Shown here in pieces: positions 9,318 through 18,650 of a stretch of DNA of 64,000 nt. This stretch comes from Christensenella sp. UBA3217 (GTDB lineage Bacteria > Bacillota > Clostridia > Christensenellales > CAG-1252), in the NCBI GenBank assembly GCA_002363545.1, contig DEWF01000001.1, positions 106,880-170,879 on the forward strand, read 5' to 3'. The notes beneath the pieces were generated by a model. That model was not told the origin of the DNA. It saw only the letters and a list, made by a program, of their open reading frames with translations, and searched no databases. Position numbers and translations under genes: made by a program. Positions within the stretch are counted from its first letter, which is position 1; every line of letters starts with the position of its first letter.

Positions 9318-9907
9318 GAAAGTCCCTCGGATTTGAAATCTTTATGACCGCTCTTGTGCTTGTGGTGATAGCGGGTGTAGCCGGCGCATTGCTCGGACTC
9401 GTGAATCATTTTACCTATATTTCGGAGGAAGAATTGTTTGCGGGGAAAGCCACCGCCGTTTACAGCGGGGAGCTTAAAAAGTACGAGTTATCCGGCTTGA
9501 ATGACGAGGTCGAGTATTCCTCGGGGAATATCCTTTCGGTTTACGTGCCAACCGATCCTGCGCAAGACACTTACGTTTTGGTGGCGGAAGGAGAAGGTGC
9601 TTTTAAAGGCACTTTGCGTTTGCTTGTGAATATCACGGACGGTGCGATCGTGAAGATTGCCAAGTATGAAGCAAATGAAACGCCCGGTTTGGGAAGCAAG
9701 GCGCTGGACGAAAGTTATTTCAAAAAGTTTTACGGCACAACGATCACCAAACAGTTTGAAGGCTATGCTTTTGAGGCGCAGTCCGCAAATGTGAGTGAGA
9801 TCGCCGCCGTAACGGGTGCTACTAAAAGTAGCACGGCTGTTAAAAATGCGGTCAATGCCGCGATCAAATGGTATCAAGTAAGAGTGTTGGGAGGGGCGTC
9901 GGTATGA
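9314..9907 (+). CDS. rnfG: Rnf complex subunit G
   Basis: 197 aa with an N-terminal TM segment and the FMN-attachment-type motif VTGATKSST. The ATGA overlaps with neighbouring genes fit an operon. Confidence 0.85.
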   Translation: MRKSLGFEIFMTALVLVVIAGVAGALLGLVNHFTYISEEELFAGKATAVYSGELKKYELSGLNDEVEYSSGNILSVYVPTDPAQDTYVLVAEGEGAFKGTLRLLVNITDGAIVKIAKYEANETPGLGSKALDESYFKKFYGTTITKQFEGYAFEAQSANVSEIAAVTGATKSSTAVKNAVNAAIKWYQVRVLGGASV

Positions 9908-10560
9908 AAAGCAAAAGACTGAATACGTTGACGAACGGCGTCGTTAAAAGCAACCCGACTTTCCGCTTGGTGCTTGGCACTTGTCCCACCCTTGCCGTCA
10001 CCACGCAAGCGTTGAACGGCTTGGCAATGGGTGCAGCTGTCACCTTTGTGTTGCTTTGCTCAAACGTGATGATCTCGCTTCTTAAAAAGCTCATTCCCGA
10101 TCGCGTGCGTATTCCCGCATACGTGGTTATCATTGCCACCTTTGTGACGGTGGTGCAAATGGTCATGCGCAAGTGGATGTCACCCCTTTACGAGGCGCTG
10201 GGCGTGTTTCTGCCGCTTATTGTGGTGAACTGTATCATTCTTGCCAGGGCGGAAGCCTTTGCATCTTGCAATCCTGTTTTGGACAGTGCGTTGGACGGCT
10301 TGGGTATGGGCTTTGGCTTTACTCTCAGTTTGACCTTTATCGGAATGGTTAGAGAGTTCCTCGGCTCCGGTTCCTTCTTTGGCATTCCCGTTGGATCTCT
10401 TGGGAACGTATCCATGTCAATCTTTATCATGCCGGCGGGCGGTTTCTTGGTGTATGGCACCTTGATGGCGCTTGTGAATTATCTCACAAGGCTTGCCGAG
10501 GAGAGAAAAATAAGGATGGGATCGCACCATGAAAAGGGCGAAAAGGAGGCGAAGCAATGA
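9904..10560 (+). CDS. rnfE: Rnf complex subunit E
   Basis: The track ORF starts at 9868. I prefer ATG 9904 (MKSKRLNTLTNGV...), which overlaps the rnfG stop as ATGA. The LVLGTCPTLAVTT motif is typical of RnfE/NqrD. Confidence 0.85.
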   Translation: MKSKRLNTLTNGVVKSNPTFRLVLGTCPTLAVTTQALNGLAMGAAVTFVLLCSNVMISLLKKLIPDRVRIPAYVVIIATFVTVVQMVMRKWMSPLYEALGVFLPLIVVNCIILARAEAFASCNPVLDSALDGLGMGFGFTLSLTFIGMVREFLGSGSFFGIPVGSLGNVSMSIFIMPAGGFLVYGTLMALVNYLTRLAEERKIRMGSHHEKGEKEAKQ

Positions 10561-11141
10561 ACCTTTATTTCGTGATCATCATAGGGTCGATCTTCGTTAA
10601 TAACTTTGTGCTGAGTCAATTCCTTGGAATATGTCCCTTCCTTGGCGTTTCCAAAAAGACGAATACCGCGCTTGGCATGGGCTTTGCCGTTATATTCGTT
10701 ATGTCCATTGCTTCTGTCTTTACCTGGCTCGTGAATACGTACGTGCTTGTAAAATTGGGGCTGGAATATATGCAGACCATTGCCTTTATCTTGATCATTG
10801 CCGCTCTTGTGCAATCGGTGGAGATCGTGATCAAAAAATTCAGCCCGTCCTTGTACAGCGCGCTGGGCGTGTATCTGCCTCTAATCACCACCAACTGTGC
10901 CGTGCTCGGCGTGGCTCTTCTCAATATTGAGAAGTCATATGATCTAATTCAATCTTTCCTAAACGGCGTGTTTGCCGGCGTGGGCTTCACGCTTGCCATT
11001 GTGTTGCTTGCCGGTATTCGGGAAAGGATCGTGCCCAAGAACGTGCCGGAATCTTTCAGAGGGTTCCCCATCACGTTGATCGCGGCTGCCATCCTCAGTA
11101 TGGCATTTAGCGCATTCTCCGGAATGTTCGGCATCGCGTAA
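10557..11141 (+). CDS. rnfA: Rnf complex subunit A
   Basis: 194-aa polytopic protein with the FLGICPFLGVSKK motif typical of RnfA/NqrE. Confidence 0.9.
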   Translation: MNLYFVIIIGSIFVNNFVLSQFLGICPFLGVSKKTNTALGMGFAVIFVMSIASVFTWLVNTYVLVKLGLEYMQTIAFILIIAALVQSVEIVIKKFSPSLYSALGVYLPLITTNCAVLGVALLNIEKSYDLIQSFLNGVFAGVGFTLAIVLLAGIRERIVPKNVPESFRGFPITLIAAAILSMAFSAFSGMFGIA

Positions 11142-11154
11142 GGAGGGAGGGAAA

Positions 11155-11964
11155 ATGTTGCTTGCGACTAAATTGTATGTAGCGATCCTGGTGCCTGCCG
11201 CGGTGCTCATTGCGGTGGCGGCTGTATTTGCGGTCCTGCTTGCTTTCCTCGGGAAAAAACTCGAAGTAAAGCGTGACGAAAAAGTGGTGCAAATCGAAGG
11301 TTTACTTTCAGGTGCCAACTGTGGTGGATGCGGCTATGCGGGGTGTAGTGCCTTTGCCGAGGCCTTAGCAAACGGCAAAGCGGATCTTTCCAACTGCAAT
11401 GCCACGAGTAAGGCAAATAAGGATAAGATCGCTGAGATCTTAGGCACCGTGAACGAAGGGGAAGAAATGTCCTTTGTGGTGTGCTGTAACGGCGGAAGTT
11501 CTTGCGAGGATAAATACGATTATCACGGATACGGTGATTGCGCCTCCATGGAGCTTTTGGCGGGCGGGCGCAAGGCATGCCCCGTGGGCTGTATGGGCGC
11601 GGGCACCTGCGTGAAACATTGCGAGCACCACGCTTGCACGGTTTCGGATAAAGGATACGCTTCTGTTTCGGATGATCGTTGTACCCTTTGCGGCAAGTGT
11701 GCCAAGTCCTGTCCTAAGGGCCTTATTAAGAAAATACCCACCAGGGCAAAGGTGTACGTGGCTTGTTCCAATCACGCTAAAGGAAAGGAAGTTCGTTCCT
11801 ACTGCAAGGCGGGGTGTATCGGTTGCGGTATGTGTGTTAGAAACTGTCCCGTAGGAGCTATCACCTTAGATGATAACCTTGCGGTCATAGATTACAATAA
11901 GTGTATTGGATGCGGCGTTTGTCAAACAAAGTGTCCGTCCAAATGTATTAAAACGAGAGAATAA
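11155..11964 (+). CDS. rnfB: Rnf complex subunit B (polyferredoxin)
   Basis: 269 aa with an SD AAGGAGGGAGG, an N-terminal TM segment, a CGGCGYAGC motif and several CxxCxxCxxxCP 4Fe-4S motifs. Confidence 0.9.
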   Translation: MLLATKLYVAILVPAAVLIAVAAVFAVLLAFLGKKLEVKRDEKVVQIEGLLSGANCGGCGYAGCSAFAEALANGKADLSNCNATSKANKDKIAEILGTVNEGEEMSFVVCCNGGSSCEDKYDYHGYGDCASMELLAGGRKACPVGCMGAGTCVKHCEHHACTVSDKGYASVSDDRCTLCGKCAKSCPKGLIKKIPTRAKVYVACSNHAKGKEVRSYCKAGCIGCGMCVRNCPVGAITLDDNLAVIDYNKCIGCGVCQTKCPSKCIKTRE

Positions 11965-11981
11965 TTACAAACGGGAGGAAT

Positions 11982-13511
11982 GTGCCGAATATGGAAAAGA
12001 TTGCGATTATTGATTTGGGCTCGAATTCAGCGCGTCTCGTGCTGGTGGAGATCTTGGAAGGAGGGTATTTCTTCGTATTTGACGAGCTGAAAGAAAACGT
12101 CAGGCTCGGGCAGGATATGGAGATTGACGGGTTCTTGCGCCCGGCTCGCATAGAGCAAACCAAAAAGACTTTGCAGATGTTCAGACGCTTCTGTGATTCC
12201 AACGGTGTGGATAAAATATTCGCTTTTGCCACAGCGGCCGTACGTCGCGCCAAGAACCAAAAAAGCTTTTTGGAAGAAGTGGCGGTCACCTGCGGTATCA
12301 AACTGCGCGTGCTCAGCGCGGCGGAAGAAGGGCAGTATATCTATACTGGCGTGATCAACTCCATGGACGTGCCTAAGGGCCTTATCGTGGATATGGGTGG
12401 CGGTAGTACCAAGTTGATCTATTACAACAGAAAGACTATTCTTGAACAGGCGACCCTTCCTTTCGGCGCGGTCACTCTTACCGATATGTTCAAGGACCAA
12501 GACCTTTTGCCCGAAGAGCGCGCGGAGAAGATCGAACAGACGGTCACCGACGAGCTTAACAAGATCGAATGGCTGAAAGAAATGGATCCCGACACCCAAT
12601 TTATCGGCGTTGGCGGTTCTTTCAGGAACCTTGGCAAGATCAGTCGTAGGATCAAAAAGTATCCTCTCAACGTGGCGCACGGATACACCTTGGAAACAAG
12701 CGAATTCAATGCGATCTACGATACGATCAAGACCCTCCCCCTTGATCGTACCATGAAGATCAAGGGCCTTTCCAGCACCCGTGCGGATATTTTCCCGAGT
12801 GCGCTCGCTTGTATCAGCAGGATCGTGAATACTTATGGCTTCCAAAACATTATGATAAGTGGTAGCGGCATGAGAGAAGGCGCCATGTTTAAGTACGCGG
12901 TGCCCACCGTTTCCGAAAAGCCCATCTCGGACGTGCTCGGATACAGCTTGAATACCCTCGTAAGATACTTTGGTTTGAACGAGGACCACGTGCGCCATAT
13001 CATGGACCTTTCCATGCAGGTGTTTAAGCAGCTGAAAGTTTTACATAAACTGCCGCGTGTGTACGTGAAAGTGCTTCGCGCCGCGGCAATGCTTCACGAT
13101 GCAGGTACCAAGATCAAGTTCTACGATCACCATAAGCACTCCGCTTATATCATCTTAAACAGCAAGATCTGCGGTCTTACCCATAAGGAGATCGTAATGG
13201 CGGCTTTCGTTGCTTCCGCGCATAAGGACGGCGTGCCCGTCACCGAGGATATGCAAAAGTATCTCAGCATGCTTTCCGAGGAGGAGATCGATGCCGTTAA
13301 AAAACTTGGTATCGTGTTAAAGATAGCGGAAAGCTTTGATCGCAGCATGAGCGGCATTATCACCGGTATCACTTGCGATATCTTAGGTGACAGCGTGATC
13401 ATGAAGACCATTACCGAAAACCATGCGGATTGTTCCTTGGAGATCCGTGATGCGCTCAATTGCAAAGATCAATTCAAAGCTTCTTACGGTAAGAATTTGG
13501 AGATTTTGTAA
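11982..13511 (+). CDS. Ppx/GppA family phosphatase (exopolyphosphatase-like) with a C-terminal HD-type domain
   Basis: The N-terminal IAIIDLGSNSARLVLVE and DMGGGSTKL motifs match the ASKHA-fold Ppx/GppA family. A MLHDAGTKIKFYDHHKHS segment lies in the C-terminal half. The start is ambiguous between GTG 11982 and ATG 11991. Confidence 0.8.
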   Translation: MPNMEKIAIIDLGSNSARLVLVEILEGGYFFVFDELKENVRLGQDMEIDGFLRPARIEQTKKTLQMFRRFCDSNGVDKIFAFATAAVRRAKNQKSFLEEVAVTCGIKLRVLSAAEEGQYIYTGVINSMDVPKGLIVDMGGGSTKLIYYNRKTILEQATLPFGAVTLTDMFKDQDLLPEERAEKIEQTVTDELNKIEWLKEMDPDTQFIGVGGSFRNLGKISRRIKKYPLNVAHGYTLETSEFNAIYDTIKTLPLDRTMKIKGLSSTRADIFPSALACISRIVNTYGFQNIMISGSGMREGAMFKYAVPTVSEKPISDVLGYSLNTLVRYFGLNEDHVRHIMDLSMQVFKQLKVLHKLPRVYVKVLRAAAMLHDAGTKIKFYDHHKHSAYIILNSKICGLTHKEIVMAAFVASAHKDGVPVTEDMQKYLSMLSEEEIDAVKKLGIVLKIAESFDRSMSGIITGITCDILGDSVIMKTITENHADCSLEIRDALNCKDQFKASYGKNLEIL

Positions 13512-13570
13512 TCACCTTTTCCTTTTGTAAATATAAGCGAGAGGTTCATTCATCCGCGTTTGGAAAAAGA

Positions 13571-13602
13571 AAAAAGTCCGTCGAAACCGACGGACTTTTT
13601 TG
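13571..13602. terminator. Bidirectional rho-independent terminator between the convergent ppx-like and serA genes
   Basis: A 9-bp stem (agtccgtcg 13575-13583 / cgacggact 13588-13596) with loop aaac, flanked by an A-run upstream and a T-run downstream. Confidence 0.8.
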
Positions 13603-13617
13603 ATAAAACCAATTGAT

Positions 13618-14757
13618 TTACAGCACTCTCACTCTGAGGGCATTTGCGCTAAGCGCATCGATGGCGCTTTGGGCAGGAGCCTTGTCAAGGTCCGCTATCA
13701 CGTAGGTGACGTCACCGCGTTTCGCGGAAGCAACGGTCGCAATGCCGAGGGCTGCTTTTACTTGACTTTCCGCATCCGCCGCTTTGGTAAGCACCGTCAC
13801 GCGCACCGCGCCTTTGTTTTGCACCGAAAGAGCGGGGCAGTTCACGCTGTTTTTGATATTGCCGTTTTCAATAAAGTCTTTGAGCTCGGCAGAAGCCATG
13901 ACCGCGCAGTTATCTTCCGCTTCGGGAGTGGATGCGCCAAGGTGGGGAATGGTGATGATCTTATCCGACACGCCTATCACGGCGGGCATCGGGAAATCCG
14001 TCACGTACTTTTTCACTTTGCCGCTTTCCAGCGCCGCAAGAATGGCATCGTTATCCACAAGTTCGCCGCGCGCACAGTTCACGATACGAACGCCGTCCTT
14101 CATTTTGGCAATGGAAGAGGCGTTGACCATGCCGCGAGTTGCATCGTTAAAAGGAACGTGCAAGGTAATAAAGTCACTTGCTTTAAAGATCTCGTCCAAA
14201 TCAGTGGTGAAAGTTAATTCTTCACTGATGCTCTTTGCTTTTTCTTGGGTAAAGAAGGGATCGTATCCAACCACTTTCATGCCAAGCGCAAGGGCTGCCT
14301 TGGTGACCAACGCGCCGATCGCACCCAAACCGACCACACCGAGGGTCTTTCCGAAGATCTCGGGACCGATGAAAGCCTTTTTGCCGCTTTCCACTTGTTT
14401 GGCGGCGTCTTCCTTGCCTTTCAGGCTGCCGGCAAATGCCACACCGCCCATCACGTCACGGCAGGAAAGGAGCAGTGCGCAGATCACAAGCTCTTTTACT
14501 GCGTTTGCGTTGGCGCCGGGAGTATTGAAAACCACCACGCCTGCGTCCGTCATCTTGGGCAGGGGAATGTTGTTAACGCCCGCACCCGCACGCGCCACAG
14601 CCACAAGAGAGGGGTTGATCTCGTATTCGTGCATAGCCGCACTTCTCACAAGAATGCCCACGGGATCTGCCGCGCTGTCCGACACGGTGTAATTCGCTTT
14701 ATCCAGGTTGGTATAGATCAGGTCGCTGATCGGGTTTAATTTTTTGATCTCGTACAT
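13618..14757 (-). CDS. serA: D-3-phosphoglycerate dehydrogenase
   Basis: 379 aa with a 2-hydroxyacid dehydrogenase NAD fold (GVVGLGAIGALV) and a C-terminal ACT-like tail. It lies immediately downstream of serC. Confidence 0.85.
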   Translation of the reverse strand: MYEIKKLNPISDLIYTNLDKANYTVSDSAADPVGILVRSAAMHEYEINPSLVAVARAGAGVNNIPLPKMTDAGVVVFNTPGANANAVKELVICALLLSCRDVMGGVAFAGSLKGKEDAAKQVESGKKAFIGPEIFGKTLGVVGLGAIGALVTKAALALGMKVVGYDPFFTQEKAKSISEELTFTTDLDEIFKASDFITLHVPFNDATRGMVNASSIAKMKDGVRIVNCARGELVDNDAILAALESGKVKKYVTDFPMPAVIGVSDKIITIPHLGASTPEAEDNCAVMASAELKDFIENGNIKNSVNCPALSVQNKGAVRVTVLTKAADAESQVKAALGIATVASAKRGDVTYVIADLDKAPAQSAIDALSANALRVRVL

Positions 14758-14767
14758 AATTTGCTCC

Positions 14768-15844
14768 TTATTTGTTCTCCAATTCGAACTTTTGCATGAA
14801 GGAGATAAGTTTCTTTACGCCTTCCACGGGCATTGCGTTATAAATGGAGGCACGCATACCGCCAACCAGTCTGTGTCCCTTGATGGATACCAAACCTTCC
14901 GCTGCCGCTTCCTTAACGAACTTGGCGTCAAGCTCTTCCGAACCGGTTACGAAGGGCACGTTCATGATGGAACGATCTTCCTTGTTAACGTAGTTCTTAA
15001 AGAGTTTGCTGTTATCGATAAAGTCATAAAGCATTGCCGCTTTTTCTTCGTTGATCTTGTTGATTGCGGAGATGCCGCCCATAGCCTTAATGTGGCGGAG
15101 AGTGAGCATGGCAATGTAAATGCTGAATGCGGGCGGGGTGTTATAAAGGCTGTTCTTATCCGCCTGCGTCTTATAGGCAAGCATCGTGGGGCAGATGGGA
15201 AGTTCCTTGCCGATAAGGTCCTTACGAACGATGACCACGGTAAGACCCGCCGCGCTGATGTTCTTTTGAGCACCGGCATAGAGAAGGCCAAACTTGCTCA
15301 CGTCAATGTCACGGCTCAAGATCTCACTGCTTACGTCTGCAACGAGGGGGCAGGGAGTCTCGGGGAATTCCTTCCATCTGGTACCGAAAATGGTGTTGTT
15401 GCTGGTAATATGCACATAGCTTGCGTCCTTGCGGAAGGAATCGATGGTCACCTTGGGAATGTAGGTATAGGTCTTATCCTCGGAAGAAGCGGCAAGAGCG
15501 ATATCGCCGTATTTCTTGGCTTGCTTGTAAGCGAGGTTTGCAAAGTTACCCGTCACCACGTAATCCGCTTTTCCGGTGGCGGAGATCAGGTTCAGGGGGA
15601 TGGCGTCAAACTGCTGGCTTGCACCGCCTTGCAGTAAAAGCACTTGATAATCATCGGGCACCTTCATCAATTCGGTAAAGAGAGCAAGGCACTCGTTGTG
15701 GATGCCGTCATAGACCTTGGAGCGGTGACTCATCTCGGTCACGCTCATGCCGCTGTTTTCATAGTCGAGGAAAGAAGCCTGGGCTTGCTTTAACACGTCC
15801 TCAAAAAGCATGGAAGGTCCTGCGGAAAAATTGTAAACTCTCAT
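14768..15844 (-). CDS. serC: Phosphoserine aminotransferase
   Basis: 358 aa with the MRVYNFSAGPSML N-terminus typical of SerC, in an operon with serA. Confidence 0.9.
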   Translation of the reverse strand: MRVYNFSAGPSMLFEDVLKQAQASFLDYENSGMSVTEMSHRSKVYDGIHNECLALFTELMKVPDDYQVLLLQGGASQQFDAIPLNLISATGKADYVVTGNFANLAYKQAKKYGDIALAASSEDKTYTYIPKVTIDSFRKDASYVHITSNNTIFGTRWKEFPETPCPLVADVSSEILSRDIDVSKFGLLYAGAQKNISAAGLTVVIVRKDLIGKELPICPTMLAYKTQADKNSLYNTPPAFSIYIAMLTLRHIKAMGGISAINKINEEKAAMLYDFIDNSKLFKNYVNKEDRSIMNVPFVTGSEELDAKFVKEAAAEGLVSIKGHRLVGGMRASIYNAMPVEGVKKLISFMQKFELENK

Positions 15845-16002
15845 ATCGTTCTCCTTTGAGAATATATTTTATTCGCATATATTTTATATCTTCCATTTTT
15901 GGAACGCAAGTAAATAACGTCACATTTTCCTTAAGAAATGAATAAATTACCAAACAAAATTGTTATAACTCAAAAAAGACTCTCAAAAAGCGGTTTTTAG
16001 GG

Positions 16003-16043
16003 AAAAACAAGAAAAAGCGCAAGACGTTTTTTCCTCTTGCGCT
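16003..16043 (-). terminator. Rho-independent terminator of the nucleotidyltransferase gene
   Basis: A perfect 9-bp stem (agcgcaaga 16016-16024 / tcttgcgct 16035-16043). On the minus strand it is followed by tttttcttgttttt. Confidence 0.75.
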
Positions 16044-16067
16044 CCCTAAATCAATTTGCTCGGTTCC

Positions 16068-16775
16068 CTATCTTTTTGCCAAACAAAGCGATTGTTCCGC
16101 CACGTGATAATTGGTGCTGTAATAAGAGAGTAGGGTGCCGATATCCGACCAATATCCTTGCATGATCTTGGCATAGATCTGCCCCGGTATGGTGGGGAAA
16201 ATATCGCGGGCAAAATCCTGAAATCCCATAGGGATCTTTTTCAAGATCTCTTTTTTGAACACATAGATCCCCGTGGATACAATATCGCTTATGGGCACTT
16301 GCGGTTTTTCAATAAAGGAACGCACTTTCCCCGCACTGTTTAACAGCATAACGCCAAATGCGGAAGGGTTTTTTACGCGCGTTGCGGCAATGGTGACGAG
16401 CCTGCCGTGACGCTTGTGAAATTCCATCAGTTCGGTCAGGTTAAAATCGGTATAAGCGTCCCCCGAGATTACCATAAAATCTTCTTTGAAACCCGCCGCC
16501 GCGCCACGCACGCCGCCCGCCGTTCCCAGCGGTTCTCTTTCCACCACGTAATGCAAGGTCACTCCAAGTTCTCGCCCATCTCCGAACGCCTCGATAATTT
16601 GGTTTGCCTTATAGCCCAAAGTGACGGAAATATCCGTAATTCCATGCTTTTTCAATAGCTCAATGATATACCGCAAAATAGGTTTATCGATAATGGGCAT
16701 CAAGGGTTTTGGGGAATTGTCTGTAAGCGGGGCAAGGCGAGTGCCTTTTCCTCCTGCCATGATCACTGCTTTCAT
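16068..16775 (-). CDS. Sugar-phosphate nucleotidyltransferase (NTP_transferase family; specificity not resolvable)
   Basis: 235 aa with the N-terminal pyrophosphorylase signature MAGGKGTRLAPLT. Confidence 0.8.
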   Translation of the reverse strand: MKAVIMAGGKGTRLAPLTDNSPKPLMPIIDKPILRYIIELLKKHGITDISVTLGYKANQIIEAFGDGRELGVTLHYVVEREPLGTAGGVRGAAAGFKEDFMVISGDAYTDFNLTELMEFHKRHGRLVTIAATRVKNPSAFGVMLLNSAGKVRSFIEKPQVPISDIVSTGIYVFKKEILKKIPMGFQDFARDIFPTIPGQIYAKIMQGYWSDIGTLLSYYSTNYHVAEQSLCLAKR

Positions 16776-16920
16776 ACGCGCTCTCCTTTTGTTTTTAGTA
16801 TGATGGTCGCTTGCGAAAATATACCTTTTTCAAAGAGAATTCCTTCTTGTTTTTCAGAGTTTTTATCGCTGCTTTTTCTCTTTTTTTACTTGATTTGACC
16901 TTTTGGCATATCCCAAAAAC

Positions 16921-16950
16921 TTGACGAGGATAAATATAGGCTTGTATAAT
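16921..16950 (+). promoter_or_regulatory. Putative sigma-A promoter of the RNase J gene
   Basis: TTGACG (16921-16926), an 18-nt spacer, then TGTATAAT (extended -10; TATAAT at 16945-16950). Confidence 0.5.
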
Positions 16951-16998
16951 AATCAAAAAAGATTACGTGAAAGCGTTTGTGATATTTTTAGGAGTAAT

Positions 16999-18645
16999 AT
17001 GGCTAAGAAATTGAAGATAGGATTTTTAGGCGGCGTGGGCGAGATCGGAAAGAATATGACCGTGATCGAGTACGGCGACAGTATTATCGTGATAGACGTG
17101 GGTCTTACCTTCCCCTCTGAGGAAATGCTTGGGGTGGACGTTGTGATCCCCGATTTTTCCTATTTGGTGGAAAATAAAGAAAAGGTAAAAGCCGTGATTT
17201 GTACGCACGGGCACGAGGACCATATCGGCGCGGTGCCGTACCTCTTCCAGGTCATGGATCAACCCACCATTTTCGGCAGCACTTTAACGCTGGGGCTGAT
17301 CCGCGCAAAGTTGGAAGAATTCGGCTTGAAAGCCAAGATGAAAACGGTGACTTCGGGCAGTGAGATCTCCATTGACTGCTTTAAGGTAAAGTTCTTTAAG
17401 GTTTGTCACTCTATTGCCGGTGCGCTTGCCGTGGCGATCGATACCCCCCAAGGGGTGATCTTTCATACGGGTGATTTCAAAATAGATCATACCCCCATCG
17501 ATAATGAAAAAATGGACTTTGCCGCTCTTGCGGATCTGGGAAGAAAAGGAGTAAAACTTATGCTTTCCGATTCCACCAATGCGGAGCGTCCCGGTCATAC
17601 CATCAGCGAGCGAAAAGTAGGGGAAAGTATCTCCCGCATTTTTGCGGCGCACACGGGCAGAAGGATCATCGTGGCAACCTTTGCATCCAACCTGCATCGT
17701 ATTCAACAGATTTTGGATATTGCGGCGGCAAATAACCGCAGAGTGGTGCTCAGTGGCAGGAGCGTTGTAAAGGTGGTGGAGCTTGGAAAAACCCTTAAAC
17801 TGCTCCGCTATGACGATAGTTTGATCGTGAACGAAAACGCAATGAAAAAGATCCCGCCCGAAAAACTGTGTATCATTTGCACGGGTTCGCAGGGGGAACG
17901 CGTGAGTGCATTGACGCGTATGGCGGCGGGAGAGCATCCTTCCATCACGGTGGGAATTAAGGATACCGTGATCATATCCGCAAGTGCCATTCCCGGGAAC
18001 GAAAAGAGCATTTATAACGTAATAAACAGCCTTTATCGCTTGGGAGCGGAAGTTATTTATTCTGCCATAGAGGACGTGCATACCTCGGGTCACGCGCATC
18101 AGGAAGAATTGAAAATGATGCTCTCGCTCATCAATCCCAAGTTCTTTATTCCCGTGCACGGGGAGTTCCGCCATTTGAAGATACACGCCGGTATTGCGCA
18201 ATCTATGGGCATTCCCAAAGAGAATATTTTGCTTCCCGAGCTCGGTTGGAGCATTGAAGTGGCAAAAGACGGATTGAAAAAGCTGGATAATATCAAGGCG
18301 GGCAACGCATACGTGGACGGCGATGCGGTGGGTGATTTGGAACCCGTTATCAAAGATAGACGCCAACTTTCCGCCGACGGCTTTATCATCGTACTTTTGA
18401 GCCTAAGCGTGGAGAACGGAAAGCCTTCCGCTCCCGAGATCATCACGCGCGGTATGGCGGCTTTATCCGAAGAAGATCTTGCGGAAATGAAAAAGCAAGT
18501 GCTCGGTGCAGTCAAAAATATCAAATATATCAACAGCGACAACCGTGACGCCATTAAATCGGCAATTCGCCGCACGGTCAGACGCATGCTTTATTCCATC
18601 AGCCAATCCACACCCATGATCGTGCCTATCGTGGTGGAAAAATAA
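16999..18645 (+). CDS. rnj: Ribonuclease J
   Basis: The track ORF starts at 16903. I prefer ATG 16999 (MAKKLKIGFLGGVGEIGKNM...), preceded by the SD AGGAG at 16990-16994. The protein has the metallo-beta-lactamase motif THGHEDHIG and beta-CASP architecture, about 548 aa. Confidence 0.9.
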   Translation: MAKKLKIGFLGGVGEIGKNMTVIEYGDSIIVIDVGLTFPSEEMLGVDVVIPDFSYLVENKEKVKAVICTHGHEDHIGAVPYLFQVMDQPTIFGSTLTLGLIRAKLEEFGLKAKMKTVTSGSEISIDCFKVKFFKVCHSIAGALAVAIDTPQGVIFHTGDFKIDHTPIDNEKMDFAALADLGRKGVKLMLSDSTNAERPGHTISERKVGESISRIFAAHTGRRIIVATFASNLHRIQQILDIAAANNRRVVLSGRSVVKVVELGKTLKLLRYDDSLIVNENAMKKIPPEKLCIICTGSQGERVSALTRMAAGEHPSITVGIKDTVIISASAIPGNEKSIYNVINSLYRLGAEVIYSAIEDVHTSGHAHQEELKMMLSLINPKFFIPVHGEFRHLKIHAGIAQSMGIPKENILLPELGWSIEVAKDGLKKLDNIKAGNAYVDGDAVGDLEPVIKDRRQLSADGFIIVLLSLSVENGKPSAPEIITRGMAALSEEDLAEMKKQVLGAVKNIKYINSDNRDAIKSAIRRTVRRMLYSISQSTPMIVPIVVEK

Positions 18646-18650
18646 AAAAA

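Noticed and set aside
16903-16998. The track gives N-terminal extensions of several ORFs: rnj 16903, rnfE 9868, DUF512 21638, oadA 32415, BCCP 34239, permease 45122, SGNH 53850, SGNH 55195 and ATPase fusion 57636.
   Set aside because: In each case an internal ATG is preceded by a good SD at proper spacing and yields the canonical family N-terminus or a signal peptide. The extension overlaps an upstream gene or promoter or encodes atypical sequence.
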